Source: Candidatus Aphodousia faecavium
GTDB taxonomy: Bacteria > Pseudomonadota > Gammaproteobacteria > Burkholderiales > Burkholderiaceae_F
Reading direction: 5' to 3'
Assembly: GCA_018715245.1 (NCBI GenBank)
Contig: DVLZ01000025.1
Location: 31,737-71,736, forward strand
DNA: 40,000 nt
Made by a program: the position numbers and the translations under genes. The stretch's first letter is position 1. Every line of letters starts with the position of its first letter. Under the pieces are notes generated by a model that saw only the letters and a list, made by a program, of their open reading frames with translations, had not been told where the DNA came from and made no database searches. Shown here in pieces: positions 8,497 through 13,748 of this stretch.

Positions 8497-9038
8497 GGAA
8501 CAAACTCCACCAACATCCGGCGAGGATCAATGCCCTGCTGCGCACAGGCCTCCAAATAAACTCGCTTCCGCCAGTATTCAACTAAATCCGTCAACTCCTG
8601 CAGATTGTTAAAAGTCGTCGACCGCGTGCCGATTGTGTAGCTTTTCACGCGACCGCCGCCTTTTGTGTAGTCAACCAAAGCCGCTTCGGCTTGTGCCAAG
8701 CACTTTTGAGCTTCGGTTCGATGATCAAAACCTTCATCATCAACCGCCGGCACAACCTGCAGCTCTTTGACCACTGCAGATTTTTGGTATTGATCCGCCT
8801 CTGATACCAAGCGCAGCAGCAAAAACGCTTTCCCAACGGTAAGCTTTGCCGATGCTTTGGGATCCAGGCTCGCAAAGATTCGACCATTGAGCGCCTCGGC
8901 CTTTAGGTTGATCAACTCCCCGGCCGATCTCAAGAATGCCGAGAGCGTCGCACCTTCAGGAGCACCGGAAAAAGCCGGCAGATCAGCAAGTCGAAAGCTC
9001 CAACTGGCACTGTCGCCGACAATCAATGTCTCTACCAT
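8493..9038 (-). CDS. Head-tail connector, gpW-like C-terminal domain with an extra ~100-aa N-terminal domain
   Basis: The C-terminus (AQKCLAQAEAALVDYTKGGGRVKSYTIGTRSTTFNNLQELTDLVEYWRKRV) parallels lambda gpW (..[44 protein letters not shown]..) as I recall it. The terL-W-portal gene order matches lambda. Confidence 0.6.
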   Translation of the reverse strand: MVETLIVGDSASWSFRLADLPAFSGAPEGATLSAFLRSAGELINLKAEALNGRIFASLDPKASAKLTVGKAFLLLRLVSEADQYQKSAVVKELQVVPAVDDEGFDHRTEAQKCLAQAEAALVDYTKGGGRVKSYTIGTRSTTFNNLQELTDLVEYWRKRVYLEACAQQGIDPRRMLVEFVP

Positions 9039-11062
9039 TCGTCACCTCTTCGGTTAAACGCATCGAAAAAGTCATCCCGAACCGGTTTTGCCTCTTCGCG
9101 TTTCTCTTCAATCTTTTCCTCTGCAGGTTTTTGCTCTGCAACATCAATCAGATCCATCTGCAGCTGCTTTTGCCTTTCCAGATCCCATTTGGCCGCATTC
9201 CAAAGGTGCAGCTTCAAGGATCTGGCAGCGTGAAGCGCATAAACCTCACAGTCAAGCGCCTCATTGCGCACGCCGGACTTTTTCTGCCAGACGCGCTTTG
9301 CGCTATGGCTGCTCGGCACCTTCACCTCGCTGGTGATCTGCTCCCAGTAGTCCGGACGCACGCCACTGTACCAGTGCATGTGCCCAGGGCCGTCTCCCTC
9401 AAGCTTGATGCGGCCGGCATTGGCATCCACTCCAAGGATCAAGTCTTTTGCTCTGCTGGTGCCGACAATGAACGGCTTTAAGCCAAAACGCAGCGATTTT
9501 TGCCGACCATTGACATCGATTGAAGGCTTTGGAGGCGTAAAGATCTCTTTGCGGTCATCATTGACCGAAGAGCCCTTAATTGCCATCAAACCCCGAGCCA
9601 TACGCCGGCGCACAAACGAGTAGACCGCATCGCTTGTTTGGCCATCCGATGAGTCGATAGAAACCGCCCGTATCTTGAGACTGGCACCATTGACTGCCTT
9701 AAAGTCACGCTTTAAGAGCGCATCCAAATCGACCCAAGCACCCCGCTCCGGCGTCATGGTCTGTCCGGGAATTTCGCCCCAGTAAACCAACCAGCTTTCC
9801 TCACCCGGACCCCAGGCTCGGATGATCACTGCCAGACGGTCGTGCTGCACGTCAACGCCAGCCGTCAGAACGCAACCCACAACCGGCACTGTAAATTCGT
9901 CGTAAGACTCGGCTCGCTTTGCAAGCACATCGGCATCCGGCAGACCGCTCTTAAAGGCATAAGGCAAACCCAGCTGCGAATTGAAAAAACTACGCATCTT
10001 GCCGTCTTTGCCCTGATCAAGCTCATGTTTGGCCGTCAAGTATTTTTCGACAAGAATTTTCAGCTTTGAACCTGGAAACGGTGAGTAAAGCTCGTTGATG
10101 TAAAAGCCCGCTGTTCCGTTGAACGGCCCCTCAGCACGCCACACACCTTTTCGCACAGCCCGGTTTTTCTTAACGTCATCCCAGACTGAGCCGCAGTGCG
10201 GACAAATGTAGGCAGCAGAATCCAGAACAGCCTTTCCAAAGATCTCATGGTTTAAGGTCTCATCCTCATTCCAGCGCACGTTATCCCAACTGAGCACATG
10301 CTCTTCGCCGCAGTCCGGGCACGGCACATAAAACTTGCGTTTGTCAGACGTTTTATAGGCAAACTCAACAGCCGAGAATCCTTCAACTGTCGGCGTTCCA
10401 CCGTAAATGATCTTTCGCCTGGCAAAGGACTTCGTTCTCTCAATCAGTAGCGCGATTGTGTCGCCTTGCTCTTTTACGTTTGTGTTGCAATCGTCCGGCT
10501 CTTCAACGCACACGACCGGGGCCGGCGTTGACTTCACTTCAGACGGTGAATTGGATCCCACAAGCTTCAAAAAACCTCCAGGGAATCCCTTGAAGTCAAA
10601 ACGGTTGTTTTTGTCACGCTTGGAAGTGATCGGAATCTTGGTCGACAGGTGAGGCGTCGCCTCAATCATCGGCACGAGCTTCTCATCATTGAAATCCTTG
10701 GCCGATTCTCGCTTGGCAAACATAACGATCATCGGGCACGGATCCAGATCAATGCGGCGTCCGATGTAGTTCAAAAGCACACCGTCAGTCCAGGCCACCT
10801 GAGCACTTTTTTGCGCCACCACGCGCTCGACTTTTGGATCATCCAGAGCTTCATGAATCCCGCTGATCCAGGGCGTGATTGATGCGTTGTAGCGACCGGG
10901 CATTGCCGTTGACTTCGAGCTCATGCCTCGATAGTTTTCAGCCCATTGAGTCGTCCCCATTTTCTCCGGGGCCCGGAGAATCTCGCTCAATCTCGCCATG
11001 ATTCTCTGGATACTCTTTGAGGTATCGAGACAGGTGATTGAGAGTATTGTTTGTGTATTCAT
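9032..11062 (-). CDS. Terminase large subunit, lambda gpA family
   Basis: The product is up to 676 aa and looks collinear with lambda gpA as I recall it. Matching elements are WAENYR.., VVAQKSAQVAWTDG, the zinc ribbon CPDCGEEHVLSWDNVRW and RNEALDCEVYALHAA. The start is uncertain, with in-frame ATGs at 11062, 10999 and 10960. The longest form overlaps terS by 125 nt. Confidence 0.9.
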   Translation of the reverse strand: MNTQTILSITCLDTSKSIQRIMARLSEILRAPEKMGTTQWAENYRGMSSKSTAMPGRYNASITPWISGIHEALDDPKVERVVAQKSAQVAWTDGVLLNYIGRRIDLDPCPMIVMFAKRESAKDFNDEKLVPMIEATPHLSTKIPITSKRDKNNRFDFKGFPGGFLKLVGSNSPSEVKSTPAPVVCVEEPDDCNTNVKEQGDTIALLIERTKSFARRKIIYGGTPTVEGFSAVEFAYKTSDKRKFYVPCPDCGEEHVLSWDNVRWNEDETLNHEIFGKAVLDSAAYICPHCGSVWDDVKKNRAVRKGVWRAEGPFNGTAGFYINELYSPFPGSKLKILVEKYLTAKHELDQGKDGKMRSFFNSQLGLPYAFKSGLPDADVLAKRAESYDEFTVPVVGCVLTAGVDVQHDRLAVIIRAWGPGEESWLVYWGEIPGQTMTPERGAWVDLDALLKRDFKAVNGASLKIRAVSIDSSDGQTSDAVYSFVRRRMARGLMAIKGSSVNDDRKEIFTPPKPSIDVNGRQKSLRFGLKPFIVGTSRAKDLILGVDANAGRIKLEGDGPGHMHWYSGVRPDYWEQITSEVKVPSSHSAKRVWQKKSGVRNEALDCEVYALHAARSLKLHLWNAAKWDLERQKQLQMDLIDVAEQKPAEEKIEEKREEAKPVRDDFFDAFNRRGDEW

Positions 11063-11465
11063 TCAAAATCGTCACATCCACATTGATGCCGTACAGCGTG
11101 TCAAGCTCCAGCTTCAACTTGTCATCCCTTGCAAGCATCTCCTGCCGCATGGCTTGAAAAACCGGCTCCAATTCCGTCATGAAAACGTCAACATTGACCA
11201 GCATCTGCTTTTTCTCAGCAAGCTGGTAAAGCTTGAGCTCACGATCCACCTGTTCGGTCAGAACGCGCTCGCGGTTGAGGTCGTACTGACCGTCAATGCT
11301 CGCGTATCCGGCTGCGACTTCGCGCAGCCTTTTGATATAGGCCAGACGCACCTCATCGAGCGACATCGACTGCCACTCAATCCCCATCTTTCCGAGCGTT
11401 TTCGAAACGGCTTGCTGAGTCATTCCAAGATGTTCAGCAATCTCTTTTTGTGTCAATCCAGACAT
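10938..11465 (-). CDS. Terminase small subunit (HTH, Nu1-like role)
   Basis: The product is 175 aa from ATG 11465. The N-terminal HTH is LTQKEIAEHLGMTQQAVSKTLGK. The gene is directly upstream of terL. The 59 extra codons of track ORF 10938-11642 cover the GC-rich non-coding region and are not protein-like. Confidence 0.7.
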   Translation of the reverse strand: MSGLTQKEIAEHLGMTQQAVSKTLGKMGIEWQSMSLDEVRLAYIKRLREVAAGYASIDGQYDLNRERVLTEQVDRELKLYQLAEKKQMLVNVDVFMTELEPVFQAMRQEMLARDDKLKLELDTLYGINVDVTILNEYTNNTLNHLSRYLKEYPENHGEIERDSPGPGENGDDSMG

Positions 11466-11709
11466 CAGTAAATCCAGTAAAAACAACCCCTTAAGGCGTC
11501 TCGTGAGTAGAAAAATTTCGGGGTCTTCCGCGCCGTACCGCCACAGCCCCCGGAAGGACCCGGAGGCTGCAACCATGAATAAAAAACGGGGCATCGAGCG
11601 ACACCCCAAAGCCCTAGCTGCTCCTGTTGAAAACAACGGCACTAAGGTAGCGATTGGTCCGGTGAATTACTCCGCCACCGGTAGCGGTTAAATTTCGCAC
11701 TATCGTAGG

Positions 11710-11883
11710 CTATTCAATAGACAAGTAAACCAGTTTGATCACACCTGCACACCAAAGAAACACAGCAATAAATCCAAGTATCCCTTTAGAGCCAAATACC
11801 ACGCCAAGTGTCAAAACCAAACCCGCACCGGCTGAACCAAGAAAGAATCCGAGTAGATACGGCCAAACAGAGTTTTTACGCAT
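11710..11883 (-). CDS. Small two-TM membrane protein (57 aa, below the track cutoff); holin-like by size and topology only
   Basis: My hand translation is MRKNSVWPYLLGFFLGSAGAGLVLTLGVVFGSKGILGFIAVFLWCAGVIKLVYLSIE. AGGAAAA lies upstream. The ORF starts 11 nt after the stop of the preceding 68-aa ORF. Confidence 0.45.
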   Translation of the reverse strand: MRKNSVWPYLLGFFLGSAGAGLVLTLGVVFGSKGILGFIAVFLWCAGVIKLVYLSIE

Positions 11884-11894
11884 TTACTGTTTTC

Positions 11895-12101
11895 CTAGTC
11901 TCTGCACAGCCAAGCTGTGAACATAAACATCAGGCCCACAAACGCAATCACCATCATGATGCGGTGCCATCGATCGTCATGATCAACATCATGTCGAAAG
12001 TCACGCCGGCAAACAGGCGCGCCGGTTTCTTCGATGATTGCCCAGTTATCGCTCAGAGGCTTTCGTTGATGTCTGACTTTCTTTGCGCGTCTTACTTTCA
12101 T
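11895..12101 (-). CDS. Small protein with a basic N-terminus and a C-terminal TM anchor, hypothetical
   Basis: A 68-aa ORF has GGAG 5 nt upstream of its ATG. The C-terminal helix is IMMVIAFVGLMFMFTAWL. It is the first ORF after the 12118-12144 terminator. Confidence 0.5.
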   Translation of the reverse strand: MKVRRAKKVRHQRKPLSDNWAIIEETGAPVCRRDFRHDVDHDDRWHRIMMVIAFVGLMFMFTAWLCRD

Positions 12102-12117
12102 GTTTGCTCCGGATACG

Positions 12118-12144
12118 AAAAAGCCCTCCGCTTTCGCAGAAGGC
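12118..12144 (-). terminator. Intrinsic terminator closing the SieB-like moron
   Basis: The minus strand reads GCCTTCTGC-GAAA-GCGGAGGGC followed by TTTTT. This gives a 9-bp stem with two G.U pairs and a GAAA tetraloop. Confidence 0.7.
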
Positions 12145-12268
12145 CCTAAAACCTGTGGCCGTCTTTCCGGCCTGTCACCGATTACCGTCTGCTTGCTAAG
12201 GACCGCAACTTATTCCCGTGACGGCTTGGGTCCGCATGTCGCCATACGGCCGACTCAGAGAGTCCGAA

Positions 12269-12886
12269 TTACTTTCTGTCTTTCTCGTACTGGCGCATAA
12301 GCTCATCAAAGCACTCATCGAGCAAGTCGATCGTCGATCGATTTAAAACCACTGTTTTTGTGTCCGGGAAAATTTCCATCGGATCACCAGTTGGAAGCTC
12401 GTCAATGTAGCGTCCACTGATCAATCGGATTACCGATGGGTTTTGAGCGTTAACCTCGAATGTTGTTCGTTTCTTTTGAAACGCCTCAAGCAAAATCTTT
12501 CGCTCTGCAACAGTCAAATAATTGAAATAACGAATATCACGCTCTAAAGCCTGACGCCTCTTCTGTATGGCTTTTTCCTCTGCGAGCTTTTGTGCCTGCC
12601 GAATCCTTTCCTCTTCAAGCTTTTTTGCTCGCTGGGCCTTTTCTTCTTCAAGCTTCTGGGCACGCCGGGCGAAATACTGATCCTTAAGCCAAACAATCAG
12701 CTGAACAATCAGCACGCTGATGGCAAAAGCTGCCGCCAGGTACAGCCACGTCTCATATTGTTGATGCAATGCCGCAAACCCATCAATAAAAGAGCCACCC
12801 AGGCAAATCACCAGCACAAAAACCAAGATGATCGCCGCCTTGTTGGCAGATAAAAACTCAAGCAGCACTTTGATCCAGTCGGTCAT
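12269..12886 (-). CDS. Membrane protein with coiled coil, superinfection-exclusion protein B (SieB)-like
   Basis: The product is 205 aa. It has two N-terminal TM helices (AAIILVFVLVICLGG, WLYLAAAFAISVLIVQLIVWL). These are followed by a KLEEE-repeat coiled coil and then YLTVAERKILLEAFQKKRTTFEVNAQNPSVIRLISGRYI. That matches my memory of the SieB family layout (two TM helices, then a L..EK..L..F...t......v..L...g.i block). GAGGG lies 8 nt upstream of the ATG. Confidence 0.5.
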   Translation of the reverse strand: MTDWIKVLLEFLSANKAAIILVFVLVICLGGSFIDGFAALHQQYETWLYLAAAFAISVLIVQLIVWLKDQYFARRAQKLEEEKAQRAKKLEEERIRQAQKLAEEKAIQKRRQALERDIRYFNYLTVAERKILLEAFQKKRTTFEVNAQNPSVIRLISGRYIDELPTGDPMEIFPDTKTVVLNRSTIDLLDECFDELMRQYEKDRK

Positions 12887-12917
12887 TTACAAACCCTCAA
12901 AGCAGAACACTCTGAGG

Positions 12918-12926
12918 ATTATCCCA
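12918..12926 (-). promoter_or_regulatory. Candidate extended -10 promoter (TGgGATAAT) for the SieB-like gene
   Basis: The minus strand reads cTTGGGATAATcc about 30 nt upstream of ATG 12886 and downstream of the tR'-like terminator. I found no good -35. Confidence 0.35.
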
Positions 12927-12952
12927 AGTCGGCGGAAAAACCGAAAGAGCAA

Positions 12953-12978
12953 CAAAAAACCCGCGTTTTGGTGCGGGT
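12953..12978 (-). terminator. Intrinsic terminator, tR'-like (first terminator after the late promoter)
   Basis: The minus strand reads ACCCGC-ACCAAAAC-GCGGGT followed by TTTTTTGTTG. It lies about 45-70 nt downstream of the predicted late-promoter start site. Confidence 0.8.
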
Positions 12979-13029
12979 CTTTTGGTGTTTTCCGAGCTCT
13001 ACTTGCAAGCTCTGCCAGATTCTAGCGTA

Positions 13030-13058
13030 ACTATACAGATTTTTTGACACCAAATCAA
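13030..13058 (-). promoter_or_regulatory. Late promoter, PR'-like (TTGATT-17 nt-TATAGT), followed by a -10-like TAGAAT
   Basis: On the minus strand, TTGATT is at 13058-13053 and TATAGT at 13035-13030, with a 17-nt spacer. The promoter starts 12 nt after the Q-like stop. A second -10-like hexamer, TAGAAT, lies at 13024-19 in the initial transcribed region. Lambdoid late promoters use such an element for sigma-dependent pausing. Confidence 0.7.
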
Positions 13059-13069
13059 CAACGTTTTGT

Positions 13070-13414
13070 TTAGTTGCCCATTTTTTCATCATATCTAATA
13101 GCAAACTCCTTTTCTGCTTCGAAAATCTTTCGATAGATGGTTCTACGATTTAATATCATTTTCTCAGCTACTTGATCCAGATCTCCACCGGGCGTCTCGC
13201 AGTAAACCATTCTGATGATTTCCTGATGCTCATTTTCGAGTTCTCTGACCACCTGATCAACTAAGAGCGAATCTTCATCAATTTTGACTCCGGCATCTTT
13301 ACCGGAACCGGATCCCCCACCGACCTGGGAGAGCTGGATGCCTTTGATGTTTCCGCGGCCTTCGAGCCAGGCTGCCCAGCGTTGCAATTTTTGGCGTACC
13401 CACTTCAATCTCAT
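13070..13414 (-). CDS. Late-gene antiterminator, Q-like (small QuuD/phage-82-type family)
   Basis: The product is 114 aa. KLQRWAAWLEGRG parallels the LERWGAWAANN of small Q proteins as I recall them. The C-terminal part (IIRMVYCE....LDQVAEKMILNRRTIYRKIFEAEKEF) fits the same family pattern. The gene is immediately followed by a promoter plus terminator unit. Confidence 0.65.
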   Translation of the reverse strand: MRLKWVRQKLQRWAAWLEGRGNIKGIQLSQVGGGSGSGKDAGVKIDEDSLLVDQVVRELENEHQEIIRMVYCETPGGDLDQVAEKMILNRRTIYRKIFEAEKEFAIRYDEKMGN

Positions 13415-13436
13415 CGAAAAACTCCCTCAAAAGGTC

Positions 13437-13726
13437 TGTGCATAGTGTGTGCAGGGGGTGTGTAGGGTTTGTGCAGGGTCTTAATTCCCTTAACCGTTTG
13501 TTTTTAAAAGAGAAAAAGAAAACTGTGCATAGTGTGCAGGGTTTTGCGTTAAAAAACATTCGTATGCGCGCGTACCTGCGCGCGCGGGTATGCGTGCGCA
13601 TACGTGCGCGCCTGCGTAAACCCTGCACACCCTGCACACACTATCGTAACCAGTTGTTTTCATTGAATTTTCTCCACTTTCAAACCCTGCACAAACCATG
13701 CACAAACCCTGCACAGACCCTGCACA
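13437..13726. repeat. Dyad-symmetric iteron array (12 copies of TGTGCAGGG / CCCTGCACA) around AT-rich blocks and an alternating GC core; probable phage replication origin
   Basis: The left outer set starts at 13437, 13448, 13459 and 13470 (TGTGCATAG, TGTGCAGGG, TGTGTAGGG, TGTGCAGGG), in 11-bp phase. The left inner pair is at 13524 and 13533. The right inner pair (CCCTGCACA) is at 13621 and 13630. The right outer set is at 13685, 13696 (CCATGCACA), 13707 and 13718, also in 11-bp phase. Both pairings centre on about 13581. The core at 13561-13617 is cgtatgcgcgcgtacctgcgcgcgcgggtatgcgtgcgcatacgtgcgcgcctgcgt. Confidence 0.6.
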
Positions 13727-13748
13727 ACACGTAGAATCCTGCATGTTA

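Noticed and set aside
13044-13075. Plus-strand consensus -35 TTGACA (13044-13049), suggesting an antisense promoter into the Q-like gene
   Set aside because: No acceptable -10 lies at 16-19 nt (tgttta, gtttag, tttagt). The hexamer lies within the spacer of the much better minus-strand promoter, so it is probably fortuitous.
13437-13726. Possible CRISPR array, because of many short direct repeats
   Set aside because: The units are only 9-11 bp and lie contiguous, with no 25-40-bp unique spacers. The two halves are in inverted orientation. No cas genes are nearby.
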